From NCBI GenBank assembly GCA_024449565.1, contig GCA_024449565.1_4810.1: DNA of 64,000 bases. One strand, given 5' to 3'. This document shows positions 32,208 through 42,214 of this stretch, piece after piece; the first letter of the stretch is position 1, and each line of letters starts with the position of its first letter. Position numbers and translations under genes: made by a program. The DNA is from a phage. The notes under the pieces are model-generated. The model had not been told where the DNA came from. It ran no database searches and saw nothing but the letters and a program-made list of their open reading frames with translations.

Positions 32208-35104
32208 TGTTTCCACAATTGAGAGTTCGCAGCGGTTACACGTTCAAAGAAGTTTATGGACGGCATCCTGAAATTATAGCACGGCTCAAAGAGTTGGGCT
32301 GCGAAGTCGCGGCATTAGTTGATAACAACACATGGGGTCACGTTCGCTGGGAAAAGGAATGCCAGAAAAATGATATTAAGCCTATGTTTGGAATGGAGAT
32401 TCCAATCATCGACCCTGATGCGGACCCGAAAAAGGGATTCAAACCGAAGGCTTGGATATTGGCCCTTGACTTAAAATCTTTTTACAACGCTACAACACTT
32501 GCAACGCAGCGCGGTGGACTTACCCGTGCAGAGTTCGGTGCGCTTGATGGCGTCGTTAAATTCTGTGGCGGTGCCGTGGAGTTGCTGCGGCCAGAGGACT
32601 ACGACTATATAGACGTCAACCCATCATCGTTCCTTTTGGCAAAGCGCCAGGCATTGGCTCATCGTAGCAGTGGAAGGCCGCTGGTTTTAACCGGATACAA
32701 CCACATGCCTTCACCTGAGCACGTTGACTTTGCTTATGCGTGGGAAGTGCGCGACACGGTCAAGCCGCACTGCATCGTTGACGCGGAAGACTTGCGAAAA
32801 CAGCTTAAAGGCATCTTGACTGAAGATGAACTTGATCAGGCAACGGCCAATGCTGTTGACATAGCAAACGGCATAGTCGGACTTGACCTGAAATTACGCA
32901 AGGCACCGATTATTCACCTTGCTGGTGACATGGTAAAGCTTGCTCGCGAGGGTATGGAGTACCGTCTAAAAGCAGGTCACATCAAAGAATGGACTCAGGA
33001 ATACGAGGACCGCTTCAACGAAGAAATTCACCAGATTCAGCTGAAAGATTTCGACTCATACTTTCTGGTGGTAGCGGACCTTGTACGATTCGCAAAAACA
33101 AAAATGCTCGTCGGTCCTGCGCGCGGCTCATCGGCTGGTTCACTTGTTTGCTATTGCCTCGGCATCACGGAAGTGGACCCAATCCCGTATAAGCTGCTGT
33201 TTGCCCGATTCATCGACGTAAGCCGCGCCGACCTTCCTGACATCGACATCGACTTTGAAGATACCAAACGCTATATGGTGTTTGATTATCTTAAAGAGAA
33301 ATATGGCGAAATGAACGTTGCAAAGCTTGGCAACATCAACACGCTTAAGGCCAACTCAGTAATGGCTCAGGTTGGTAAGAAGTTCAACATTGGATATCAC
33401 GAAACAGCCAACATCAAAAACGCATTGCTTGAATACTCATCCGGTGACGCCCGTTATGGTCACGGTCTGGAGGATACCTTTGCAACAACGACCACGGGCC
33501 AAGAGTTCGTGGCGAAATATCCTGACGCCGCGCGATGCATGGGTGACCTTGAGATTCACCCTTCCCACACTGGCGTTCACGCAGCGGGAATCATTGTGTG
33601 TAATGACCCAATCTCTGATTACTGTACTGTAACTGCAGAAGGGATTGCGCAAATCGATAAGCCTGACAGCGAATACCTCAACCTTTTGAAGCTTGATGCG
33701 CTGGGCCTTCGTACTCTCGGTATTATTTCTGATACAGGCGTTATTGATGCTGAAACGCTCTACGGAATCAAGCTTGATGATCAAAGCGTCCTTGACATTC
33801 TTAACGAAAACAAGATGTCAGGCATCTTCCAGTTTGAAGGTGATGCTGTACGCTCAGTAACAAACTTTGTTCATGTCGATAACTTTAACAAAATCGACAA
33901 CCTGACAGCTTTGGGTCGACCTGGCCCGTTGTCATCCGGTATGGCCCAGAAATACATTGAACGCGCGGCAGGGCGTGCGCCGATTGAATACGACGTGCCG
34001 CAGCTTGAGCCGTACTTAAAAGAGACTTACGGCGTGTTTCTTTACCAAGAGCAAATCATGGCCGTGGTTAAAGAGATTGGTTCATTTGACTGGGCGAAAA
34101 CGTCCGCTGTGCGTAAGGCGATGTCAGGCCGTAAGGGTGAAGAATACTTTAACAAGCTTGGCGAGGACTTTGTTGCAGGCGCAATCAATAACGGCGTACC
34201 GGAAGCGGATGCAAGAAAGCTTTGGCAAGCAATGGCTACGTTCGGGTCATGGGGCTTTAACAAGTCGCACTCCGTGTCATACGCGGTCGTGACCTACTGG
34301 ACATTGTGGCTTAAGCGACACTACCCGTTGGAATTTGCCGCTGCCTGCTTACGCGCTGCTAAGGACGAAGACCAGACGATTGCGATATTACGTGAACTTG
34401 CGAAGGAAGGCGTGGATTACGTTCCAATCGACCCTGATCACTCTTCGATGAACTGGACCATCGCGAACGGAAAGCTAATCGGCGGCATTATGAACGCGAA
34501 AGGGTACGGAATGGTGAAGGCGATGAAGTACATCGAAGCGCGTGAAGCCGGAACCTTAACGCAGAAGCAAAAGGACGCATTGGCCAATGCTGAAGTAAAA
34601 TATGGCGACCTTACAGAGATGCACACAAAGTTCGGCTGGGCGTATAATGACCCGTATCTGATTGGCGTGACGTCCGGCGCTTCAATACGCCAGATGAAGG
34701 AAGTCGGTGATGACGAGCGCGCAATAGTAATCGGCAAGTTGACAAAGAAAGTGCTTGCGGACGAGAACGAAGCAACACGCATCCGTAAACGACTTGAGCG
34801 CGGCATCTATACAAAGCAAGGCAAGCTTAAAAAGGGTCTTCAAGCTGATGGCCGCTACGCAGAGTTTGACCAGTACGGGAACAAGCTTGAGACTCAGTTC
34901 ATCGACCTTATGTGCAAAGACGACTCGACCGACTCGCCAATGCGCTTCAGGATTCGTCCAGAGAAGTTCCAGAAGTACGGGAAGTACATCGCTGAAAACG
35001 TCGGGAACGGCGCATTCTTCCTGATGAAAGGTCGTAAGCTTGAAGGCATTGACATGTTCATCGTTGACGTGATCAAACAGGTGTATCCAGATGGCAACAA
35101 ATAA
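32207..35104 (+). CDS. dnaE: DNA polymerase III alpha subunit-like replicative polymerase (DnaE family)
   Basis: 965 aa; degenerate N-terminal PHP region; polymerase core GPARGSSAGSLVCYCLGITEVDP ... DLPDIDIDFE matches the DnaE palm motifs. Confidence 0.85.
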   Translation: MFPQLRVRSGYTFKEVYGRHPEIIARLKELGCEVAALVDNNTWGHVRWEKECQKNDIKPMFGMEIPIIDPDADPKKGFKPKAWILALDLKSFYNATTLATQRGGLTRAEFGALDGVVKFCGGAVELLRPEDYDYIDVNPSSFLLAKRQALAHRSSGRPLVLTGYNHMPSPEHVDFAYAWEVRDTVKPHCIVDAEDLRKQLKGILTEDELDQATANAVDIANGIVGLDLKLRKAPIIHLAGDMVKLAREGMEYRLKAGHIKEWTQEYEDRFNEEIHQIQLKDFDSYFLVVADLVRFAKTKMLVGPARGSSAGSLVCYCLGITEVDPIPYKLLFARFIDVSRADLPDIDIDFEDTKRYMVFDYLKEKYGEMNVAKLGNINTLKANSVMAQVGKKFNIGYHETANIKNALLEYSSGDARYGHGLEDTFATTTTGQEFVAKYPDAARCMGDLEIHPSHTGVHAAGIIVCNDPISDYCTVTAEGIAQIDKPDSEYLNLLKLDALGLRTLGIISDTGVIDAETLYGIKLDDQSVLDILNENKMSGIFQFEGDAVRSVTNFVHVDNFNKIDNLTALGRPGPLSSGMAQKYIERAAGRAPIEYDVPQLEPYLKETYGVFLYQEQIMAVVKEIGSFDWAKTSAVRKAMSGRKGEEYFNKLGEDFVAGAINNGVPEADARKLWQAMATFGSWGFNKSHSVSYAVVTYWTLWLKRHYPLEFAAACLRAAKDEDQTIAILRELAKEGVDYVPIDPDHSSMNWTIANGKLIGGIMNAKGYGMVKAMKYIEAREAGTLTQKQKDALANAEVKYGDLTEMHTKFGWAYNDPYLIGVTSGASIRQMKEVGDDERAIVIGKLTKKVLADENEATRIRKRLERGIYTKQGKLKKGLQADGRYAEFDQYGNKLETQFIDLMCKDDSTDSPMRFRIRPEKFQKYGKYIAENVGNGAFFLMKGRKLEGIDMFIVDVIKQVYPDGNK

Positions 35105-35513
35105 CCGTGAGCAGAAATACATATTCGTGCCTTTGAAGAAGCATTCAGAATCGGTATTGAAGCTTCAACGAATCGAGTCGATGACTGGTGATGGCGTGCC
35201 GGACGTAATCGGCACCAACCGGAAAGGGCGCGGCTTTTGGCTTGAAATGAAGTTCTTTGAATCGTGGCCTGCAAGGGCCACCACTGCACCTTTTAGAAAT
35301 GCATTTGAGAAAGGCCAATGCAGCTTTCTTTCTTCGTGGAATGATTGGAAATACCCATCATTTGTTCTGCTTAAGGTTGATTCTGAGAAGATGTTTTATT
35401 TAGTCCACCCTTCTATTGAATTAAAGCGTTATAATATTGCAGACGTTCAACGTGAGATAATCGTGAAGGGAACTATTCATCACATCATCAAGTATTTAGA
35501 GGAATTGTCATGA
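35091..35513 (+). CDS. PD-(D/E)xK nuclease-like protein (VRR-NUC-like), tentative
   Basis: 140 aa; GVPDVIGx(n)FWLEMK fits the PD...ExK pattern; overlaps DnaE end by 14 nt. Confidence 0.45.
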   Translation: MATNNREQKYIFVPLKKHSESVLKLQRIESMTGDGVPDVIGTNRKGRGFWLEMKFFESWPARATTAPFRNAFEKGQCSFLSSWNDWKYPSFVLLKVDSEKMFYLVHPSIELKRYNIADVQREIIVKGTIHHIIKYLEELS

Positions 35514-37033
35514 AAACACAAGGGATGCGCCACCAATTATTGGCGCTTGATAAAGCAGGTCGCAGAAAATACTTTGCTTATTTTATGGAGCAGGGTCTTG
35601 GCAAAACCTGGACTGCTTTGGCAGAGTTTGAAAAACACTTCGCCGCTGGCGCATTTGATGCCATGGTTATCATCGCTCCTAACGGTGTACACTCAAACTG
35701 GATTCGCCGTGAAGCACCAGAGCACCTTTCCATCAAATGGATTGGTCATTACTGGCGCGGCAATGACAAGATGAAAACTAAAAAGGGCAAAGCAATTTGG
35801 GAGAAGATGTTTGCTGATCACTATCCTGAAGGTGAAGTGCCTGCGCGCATCTTCTCATTCAACATTGACACGGTGAATACGCCAGTCGGTTATCAACACA
35901 TCGAATCGGTCCTGAAGAAGTATCGCTGTTTGATGATCATTGATGAATCGACGCGTATCAAAAATAACACAGCCAAACGCTCCATCAAGGTTGTAGAATT
36001 GGGACGGCTGGCAAAGGCCCGTCGAATCCTTTCTGGCACGCCGCTGCCACGCTCGCCTGCTGATATTTACATGCAGTATCACTTCCTTGAAGCTGGCTTG
36101 CTTGGCACCAAATCGTTCCGTGCATTCAACTCTGAATTCACAGTACTGCTTGAAGCGCACGACCCAGAGATGCAGGCCATTCTCAAGAAAATCGGCGGCA
36201 ACGGTTATGGCATTCCGCAAGTGCCGCGCAAAGACCAGTTTGGTCGACCGATGTACAAAAACCTTGACAAGCTTATCCGGCTGATGGAGCCGCACTATTT
36301 CCGCGCGACAAAAGCGGAATACTTGCCGGACCTTCCAGAGAAGGTGTACAAGTTTATCGACTTCGAGTTGTCGCCTAAGCAGCGCGATGTCTACGATGAA
36401 CTCAAGAATGAGTACAACTATCTGATGGAGTACAAAGGGGAAGAAGAAAACGTTAAGTTTGAGATGATCGCATCTCGCACTAAGATGAAGCAGGTGACAT
36501 CAGGCTTTGTTAAGGTATATGATGAGATGGTCTACATGGAAGACAACCCACGATTCACAGCCTTTAAGGATTATGTGGAAGGGGTGCTGGAAGACGACCC
36601 AGAGCGCAAATTCATTGTTTGGGCCATCTTTAAGGAAGAGATGAACCAGATTAAGGACTGGCTTGAGTCTGAAGGCGTGGTCACTGGTGTGTATAACGGT
36701 GAGACATCAAAAGAGCAGCGTGAGTTCTTGATTGATGATTTCCAGAAGAACACAGTCGAGAACGGTGGGACGCAAGTGTTGGTTTGTCACGCTGCAGCGG
36801 CAGGCATCGGGATCACGCTTACCGCCGCCGACTTGGCAATCTATTATTCTTGCAACTATGACAACGAGTTGCGCAAACAATCCGAAGACCGAAATCACCG
36901 CATCGGCACCAAATCAAGCGTGTTGTATGTTGATTTTATTGGGGTTGATACCATCGACGAAGAAATTCAGCGTTCATTAAGTATGAAGTCTATGCTTGCT
37001 GATCACATCCTCGACGGCAAAAAGATGAATTAA
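35510..37033 (+). CDS. SNF2/DEAD-like superfamily 2 helicase
   Basis: 507 aa; motif I EQGLGKT, motif II IIDESTRIKN, C-terminal helicase region. Confidence 0.8.
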   Translation: MKTQGMRHQLLALDKAGRRKYFAYFMEQGLGKTWTALAEFEKHFAAGAFDAMVIIAPNGVHSNWIRREAPEHLSIKWIGHYWRGNDKMKTKKGKAIWEKMFADHYPEGEVPARIFSFNIDTVNTPVGYQHIESVLKKYRCLMIIDESTRIKNNTAKRSIKVVELGRLAKARRILSGTPLPRSPADIYMQYHFLEAGLLGTKSFRAFNSEFTVLLEAHDPEMQAILKKIGGNGYGIPQVPRKDQFGRPMYKNLDKLIRLMEPHYFRATKAEYLPDLPEKVYKFIDFELSPKQRDVYDELKNEYNYLMEYKGEEENVKFEMIASRTKMKQVTSGFVKVYDEMVYMEDNPRFTAFKDYVEGVLEDDPERKFIVWAIFKEEMNQIKDWLESEGVVTGVYNGETSKEQREFLIDDFQKNTVENGGTQVLVCHAAAAGIGITLTAADLAIYYSCNYDNELRKQSEDRNHRIGTKSSVLYVDFIGVDTIDEEIQRSLSMKSMLADHILDGKKMN

Positions 37034-37046
37034 TATCAAAAATAAT

Positions 37047-37075
37047 TTGACTTGTCACGGAAGATGAGTCATAAT
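37047..37075 (+). promoter_or_regulatory. sigma70-like promoter (TTGACT - 17 bp - CATAAT) within conserved element
   Basis: Near-consensus hexamers; followed by TCATCGAAACGAA as at 30145-30160. Confidence 0.5.
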
Positions 37076-37107
37076 TACTTCATCGAAACGAAACAGAGGA
37101 ATACAAA

Positions 37108-37371
37108 ATGGTACGCATCCTTGAACGTTACAAAAATGAATCTACTGGCGCAATCGCTTTCAAACGTCTTTTGGTCAAAGAAATTGACGGTATGTTCCGC
37201 GTTGTTAAAGAGTTTGATTATGGCAACGGTGCTGGGGTGAATACCGTTATTATGCCTGGTATCAAGGCATATAAAACATTAAAAGGCGCTGAGAAGGCTT
37301 TGGCGGCTTGGAAGTCTGAACGTTATCAAATGACCCGTGTTGAAGGTCTAATGCAAGAAGGTAAAATATGA
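37108..37371 (+). CDS. hypothetical protein (87 aa)
   Basis: ORF track; AGAGGA RBS. Confidence 0.5.
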   Translation: MVRILERYKNESTGAIAFKRLLVKEIDGMFRVVKEFDYGNGAGVNTVIMPGIKAYKTLKGAEKALAAWKSERYQMTRVEGLMQEGKI

Positions 37372-37619
37372 GCAACAAAGTATTGTTAATTGGTCCGCCA
37401 GCTTGCGGCAAAACGACTAGCGCAAAGAATATTGCTGAAGTCATGGGATTGAATAACATTTACGACATAGGAAAGGGTGGAGAAGACAATTTTAAGTCCG
37501 CACTCAAAGATGACAAGGAAGGTCTTTATGTCACTGTGAAATTACCGCGCGGCATTCGCCGTGAACAATTTGATATTGTAATTGAAGTCAACAGAGGATT
37601 TATCGATGTCAGATATTAA
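37368..37619 (+). CDS. small P-loop-containing protein (83 aa)
   Basis: Walker A LLIGPPACGKTT; too short for a complete kinase or ATPase. Confidence 0.5.
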   Translation: MSNKVLLIGPPACGKTTSAKNIAEVMGLNNIYDIGKGGEDNFKSALKDDKEGLYVTVKLPRGIRREQFDIVIEVNRGFIDVRY

Positions 37620-38163
37620 TTGGGAAGATGATTTGCCGCAGGTTGCTCCTGAGAGCATTCAAGAGCGCCTTGCGCGCTTAGTATCGGAATTGGCAGAACG
37701 CCAAGAAGCTTTGACAGAGCTTGAAGATGAAGCTGATATGCAAAAGCAGCGCATCAGTGAAATCAAAACTGTTCTGCTTCCTGGTGTTATGGATGAGCTT
37801 GGCGTGTCCGAAATCAAGCTTGAAGACAAGACCAAAATCAAGGTCGAGTCAAAAGTGAATGCTTCAATCAAGAAAGAAAACGAATTAAAAGTTTTCGATT
37901 GGCTTGTCAACAACGGTTACGGCGGCCTGATCAAGTCCAGCGTCACGGCTGAGTTCGGTCGCGAAGAAATCGAACAGGCGCAAGAGATTGTTGCCGCACT
38001 GCGTGAAGATGGTGTTGAAGCCACATTGAAACAAGGCGTTCATTCTGCTACACTGAAGTCGTTTGTAAAAGAACAGCTGGAAGCAGGCAATCCAGTTAGT
38101 GAAGATATTAGCGTTTTTGAATACAAAGAAGCTAAAATAACCTTGCCTAAAAGCAAAAAGTAA
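37606..38163 (+). CDS. hypothetical acidic coiled-coil protein (185 aa)
   Basis: Start moved to ATG 37606 (MSDINWEDD...). Confidence 0.5.
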   Translation: MSDINWEDDLPQVAPESIQERLARLVSELAERQEALTELEDEADMQKQRISEIKTVLLPGVMDELGVSEIKLEDKTKIKVESKVNASIKKENELKVFDWLVNNGYGGLIKSSVTAEFGREEIEQAQEIVAALREDGVEATLKQGVHSATLKSFVKEQLEAGNPVSEDISVFEYKEAKITLPKSKK

Positions 38164-38222
38164 TTTAACCTTTATCTTGAAATCAGGTTGCCACGAAACT
38201 TGATACTATAGGAAAATATCAA

Positions 38223-39083
38223 ATGTCTAAGAAAGAAACTACCGAAGTTGCAGCGAAAAACACCCAGATGTCCGCTATGGCTGATTTTGTCGACATGACC
38301 GATTTTGGCGCTGGTTTTGAAGGTGCCGATGCCGATGCGTATGCCATTCCTTTTATCGTCGTACTGCAAAAGATGTCTCCGATGGTCGACGAAGATGATC
38401 CAAAACACGTGCCTGGCGCAAAAGCTGGTATGCTGTACAACACCGTTACTGGTGAGTTGTATGACGGCAAGAAAGGCGTGCAGATCATCCCTTGTGCATT
38501 CAAACGCACCTTCATCCTTTGGGGCGGTCGCGAGTCCGACGATAAAGGCTTTAAAGGTGAATTCACCAAAGAGCACGTTGATGCAGAAGTCGCGGCAGGC
38601 CGCGCTGTTGAAATCAACGGTAAGGTGTTTGTTCCAGACGAAAACGGCAAAGTGCACGAGAAAAAATCTCCTTACTATGCAGATACACGTAACCACTTCG
38701 TCATTCTGTTGAATGAAGAAACGGGTGAATTTGGCAGCGCCATGTTGTCTTTGACTTCTTCAATGATCAAGCCGTCTCGAATGCTGATGACCGCGCTACA
38801 GCAGAAGAAAGTTCAGACTCCGCAAGGTCTGAAAACGCCGCCGACCTTTATGAACATCGTTCGCATGGGTGCTGCATCCCAGTCCAAAGACGGCAACACC
38901 TGGTCCGTTCTGAAGTTTGAGCTGGAAGGTCTGGTGCAGGACAAAGGTCTGTACGAAGTCGCCAAAGCATTCCACAACGACGTGGTTGGCGGCAACGTTA
39001 ACATTGACCGCAGCAAGCAGGAAGAAGCAAGCGGTGCCGCTGGTCCTGTCAATGAAACTCCGACCGACGCAGAAGAGTTTTAA
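38223..39083 (+). CDS. putative single-stranded DNA-binding or annealing protein (acidic C-terminal tail ending in Phe)
   Basis: 286 aa; C-terminus ...NETPTDAEEF resembles SSB-type acidic tails; position within replication block. No fold-level evidence. Confidence 0.4.
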   Translation: MSKKETTEVAAKNTQMSAMADFVDMTDFGAGFEGADADAYAIPFIVVLQKMSPMVDEDDPKHVPGAKAGMLYNTVTGELYDGKKGVQIIPCAFKRTFILWGGRESDDKGFKGEFTKEHVDAEVAAGRAVEINGKVFVPDENGKVHEKKSPYYADTRNHFVILLNEETGEFGSAMLSLTSSMIKPSRMLMTALQQKKVQTPQGLKTPPTFMNIVRMGAASQSKDGNTWSVLKFELEGLVQDKGLYEVAKAFHNDVVGGNVNIDRSKQEEASGAAGPVNETPTDAEEF

Positions 39084-39099
39084 TCGACAATCAAATCAA

Positions 39100-39130
39100 C
39101 AAGGCTGCCGATTGGCGGCCTTTTATTTAT
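39100..39130 (+). terminator. weak terminator-like hairpin after 38223-39083
   Basis: gccg/cggc stem region followed by cttttatttatc. Confidence 0.3.
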
Positions 39131-39140
39131 CTGGTGCATC

Positions 39141-39659
39141 ATGATAGAAAGAATTGTACCGCTCCTGAAGATTCTGGCCCTTGTCGGCGCGTTTGCCGCT
39201 GGATCATACGTTGAAGACCTTAAGCAAACCAACGCATCACTGGCCAAGGATAATCAATATCTGACATCGCTTAATGAGCGTAAGGACAAGATAAATGCAC
39301 TCGAAGAGCAAATTGCAACTTTACAGGTTGAATCGGCATCGGCATATGAGAAGGGTCGCCAGGAAGCGCAACTGGTTGCTGATGACACTATTGCTCGTTA
39401 CAAGTCTGGGAATATCAAGCTGCGCGAGCAACTCAGCTGCTCCCGTGAGTTACTCAGGAGTGTGCCCGACTCTGCGACCACTGGACGCCTCTCTATCCCA
39501 GAAGGAAACTGTGGACTATCAGAAGAAGATGTCAGATTTCTTGTTCAGTTCGCCGCAGAAACAAATCGATTAAAAGAGAAAGTTAATAGCTTGATTGATA
39601 CTTATAATCAGGCTAAAATAAAAATCGATCAATTCAATGCATCAAAGGAAAATAAATGA
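39141..39659 (+). CDS. i-spanin-like protein (Rz-like): N-terminal TM anchor plus coiled coil
   Basis: 172 aa; TM helix IVPLLKILALVGAFAAGSYV then coiled-coil region; contains embedded lipoprotein ORF in another frame. Confidence 0.5.
   Translation: MIERIVPLLKILALVGAFAAGSYVEDLKQTNASLAKDNQYLTSLNERKDKINALEEQIATLQVESASAYEKGRQEAQLVADDTIARYKSGNIKLREQLSCSRELLRSVPDSATTGRLSIPEGNCGLSEEDVRFLVQFAAETNRLKEKVNSLIDTYNQAKIKIDQFNASKENK
39346..39573 (+). CDS. o-spanin-like outer-membrane lipoprotein (Rz1-like), embedded in alternate frame
   Basis: Track ORF 39295-39573; lipoprotein signal with lipobox-like LVTSLGISSC; entirely inside the i-spanin-like gene. Start codon uncertain. Confidence 0.45.
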   Translation: MRRVARKRNWLLMTLLLVTSLGISSCASNSAAPVSYSGVCPTLRPLDASLSQKETVDYQKKMSDFLFSSPQKQID

Positions 39660-40279
39660 AACAGATTTATGCAAACATTCGCCATTGGGCTTCTGACCGT
39701 AACATCATCCAAGGTTGCGACCTTAAGGACCAATACCCGAAGCTTATCAGCGAGTTTGGGGAGTTAACCGACCACGTTGATCAACTCCATGACCTTGTGT
39801 TCTTCGACCCTGAAATTGGCTATACAGAGCAGGCCATCTGTGACTTGCAGGCCGCAATTAAGGACGACATTGGCGATTGCCTTGTTGTGTTGACCATCCT
39901 GGCAGCGCAAAACGGTACTGAAATCGAAAACATTAATGGCGGCGGTTGCGCTGATAAAGGTGCTCACCCTCATTCATTTATCCTTCGCCTGGCAAAGACC
40001 CTTGGACGACTTGGTGATGCTATTGCCAAGAATCAGACCATGGATATTGACGTCACCATCATGGCCGCAGTCGATTACCTTTCCGGCGTAGCTCATGATT
40101 ATGGCCTTCGCTTATCCGACTGTGCGCAAGCGGCCTACGAAGACATCAAGGACCGCAAAGGTGTCATGTACAACGGAACGTTCATCAAATCTACTGATCC
40201 AGCTTATGAGCACTCCTGCAAAATGGTAAAGAAGCTGGAACTTGAAGACCGTGTGATCAGAGAAGTTACAGGACAATAA
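39656..40279 (+). CDS. MazG-like nucleoside triphosphate pyrophosphohydrolase
   Basis: 207 aa; EFGELTDH motif (ExxGEL) typical of all-alpha NTP-PPases. Confidence 0.5.
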   Translation: MKQIYANIRHWASDRNIIQGCDLKDQYPKLISEFGELTDHVDQLHDLVFFDPEIGYTEQAICDLQAAIKDDIGDCLVVLTILAAQNGTEIENINGGGCADKGAHPHSFILRLAKTLGRLGDAIAKNQTMDIDVTIMAAVDYLSGVAHDYGLRLSDCAQAAYEDIKDRKGVMYNGTFIKSTDPAYEHSCKMVKKLELEDRVIREVTGQ

Positions 40280-40281
40280 TT

Positions 40282-41244
40282 ATGACAGCATTAAAACCAA
40301 TGAAGGGTTGCCAACGTAAGCAGATTATCGAGCGCGGCGAAGATGTGCCGCTGCCTTGCGGACTTTCATTCAAGGTCGATGGCATACGCGCAATGGCGTA
40401 TGACAACTTGCCAATGGGCACATCCGGCATGGCGCTGAGAAACGTTCAAATCAAAAAAGAGTTCCTCTTTTTGGGTGAACTAATTCACGGACTTGATGGA
40501 GAGCTAATCGACGGCAATCCAAATGACAAGAACGTCATGCAACAGGCCTATACTGCATGCATGAATACTGATGCAATCACTAACTTTACATGGTGGGTGT
40601 TTGATGACTTCAGCGACCCTGATTTGCCTTTTGAAAAGCGTTATGCAAACTATCGAGCTAGAGTTGCTGAAGTTAATCAACATCTCATCAACCATGGTCG
40701 ACGCCCATTCCTTCGCGCTCTCGAATATCGCAACATCGAAAATATGGAGCAGTACGCGGCAATGCAAATCGAAGCAGACCAGCTTGGCTATGAAGGCTTG
40801 TATGGCAAGTCTTGGACGGGCAAATACAAGCATGGCCGCGCAACGCCAAAGTCACGTGATGTGTGGAAGGACAAGCCGTGGACAGATGAAGAAGGGTTGA
40901 TCATAGACTTCGTTGAGATGATGGAGAACAACAACGAAGCATTCATTGACGAATTGGGTCGCACCAAGCGTTCAAAAGAGGCTGAAGGCTTAGTTGCAAA
41001 AGGATACCTTGGATCATTTGTAGTTGTCAATCCAAAATATGTTGATGAGAAAGGTGAAATGATTCCTTTCCGCGTCTCCGCTGGTTCAATGCCTATGGCA
41101 GAGAGAAAAATGCTTTGGGAGAATCGCGAGAATTATCGAAACAAGTATTTGACATATAAATTCTTTAACTTTGGCATAGTTGACGTGCCGCGCTCTGCCT
41201 TGTATAAGTGCTTCCGTGATATTACCGATATGGAGTATTTTTAA
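40282..41244 (+). CDS. ATP-dependent DNA ligase (nucleotidyltransferase superfamily)
   Basis: 320 aa; motif I SFKVDGIR (KxDG), motif III LDGELI, motif IV YEGLYGK, motif V-like VWKDK. Confidence 0.65.
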   Translation: MTALKPMKGCQRKQIIERGEDVPLPCGLSFKVDGIRAMAYDNLPMGTSGMALRNVQIKKEFLFLGELIHGLDGELIDGNPNDKNVMQQAYTACMNTDAITNFTWWVFDDFSDPDLPFEKRYANYRARVAEVNQHLINHGRRPFLRALEYRNIENMEQYAAMQIEADQLGYEGLYGKSWTGKYKHGRATPKSRDVWKDKPWTDEEGLIIDFVEMMENNNEAFIDELGRTKRSKEAEGLVAKGYLGSFVVVNPKYVDEKGEMIPFRVSAGSMPMAERKMLWENRENYRNKYLTYKFFNFGIVDVPRSALYKCFRDITDMEYF

Positions 41245-41318
41245 CACACTGGATAAATAATTGTTGCGTATAATCTATCGCGCCGTTTTCTAGAATTTAA
41301 TATACAGTGTATACATAA

Positions 41319-41344
41319 AGCCGGAAATTTCCGGCTTTTCTTTT
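41319..41344 (+). terminator. intrinsic terminator after ligase gene
   Basis: Palindrome agccggaaatttccggct then tttctttt. Confidence 0.55.
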
Positions 41345-41419
41345 ATTTACTTTCGGCGTATTTACTTTCAAAACCTTGAGCCTATACTATTAATATTCAT
41401 AATCAAAAGGTGAATTATA

Positions 41420-41962
41420 ATGAAAGCGAACAAATTAAAGATTGTTTTGATCATCATCATGGCTATGCTGACAGTTATATTCTTCACCAAGACTGCATCG
41501 GCTGAAAATATGTTTACGCCGCCGAATGGAAGTGCAAAAGTTTTGACAAGATATTTCAACAATGGGCAGTCATTTGAGTTTTGCTGGAATAAATACGACG
41601 TAATAAAAGAAAGATTTGACAAAGAAAAGATGTGCGTAATGAATGATCGCGGTCGGCAGGTCGTGTCGTTTGTGTTCGGAATGTCAATGGCAAAAGTTGA
41701 TGCCCCTGAAATCGTTGTCAGGTATAATACATTGGACAGCGGCCTTGTCGACAAGACATACCCTGTTGCAGTAGACAGCAGGACAGGCGGCGCACTAATA
41801 CTCACTCCAGAAGATAAATCAGATGTCGTTAACATGCTCATCAACAGCAAAGACGTAATCGTGTTTTATCACATTGAAGGCGTATCAGACTACCAAATGG
41901 CCTACTATCCACTGCCCTTGAGAGATGCTTCAGGTAATGTTAAGACACAGGAAGTGCGTTGA
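41420..41962 (+). CDS. secreted protein with signal peptide (180 aa)
   Basis: N-terminal KLKIVLIIIMAMLTVIFFTKTASA signal-like segment; AAAGGTG RBS. Confidence 0.55.
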   Translation: MKANKLKIVLIIIMAMLTVIFFTKTASAENMFTPPNGSAKVLTRYFNNGQSFEFCWNKYDVIKERFDKEKMCVMNDRGRQVVSFVFGMSMAKVDAPEIVVRYNTLDSGLVDKTYPVAVDSRTGGALILTPEDKSDVVNMLINSKDVIVFYHIEGVSDYQMAYYPLPLRDASGNVKTQEVR

Positions 41963-42189
41963 CATGGGTGGTAGTTATGCAGAAAGATTTGGAAGAAAAC
42001 AAAAGGCTGAAAAAGGCTTTGACGTCTCAAATCTTATCCCTGTTGGTAAAGCTTATTGGGGAGTCAATTAGCAACAAGGTGGCACGGGCCGCGATTGTGG
42101 GTGCAATTGGTATGGCGGGGTATTATTTCGACTTACCAGACATTGATACAAGTTCCGCTCCGCCCGTCCAAGTTGAAGCCGTAAAATAA
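41959..42189 (+). CDS. small membrane protein (76 aa), possible holin-like
   Basis: One hydrophobic helix AAIVGAIGMAGYYF; convergent with the endolysin gene. Function is inference. Confidence 0.4.
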   Translation: MTWVVVMQKDLEENKRLKKALTSQILSLLVKLIGESISNKVARAAIVGAIGMAGYYFDLPDIDTSSAPPVQVEAVK

Positions 42190-42191
42190 AC

Positions 42192-42213
42192 AAAGGCCCA
42201 TATGGGCCTTTTT
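42192..42213. terminator. bidirectional terminator between convergent genes
   Basis: Palindrome aaaggcccatatgggccttttt with A-run before and T-run after. Confidence 0.6.
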
Positions 42214-42214
42214 C

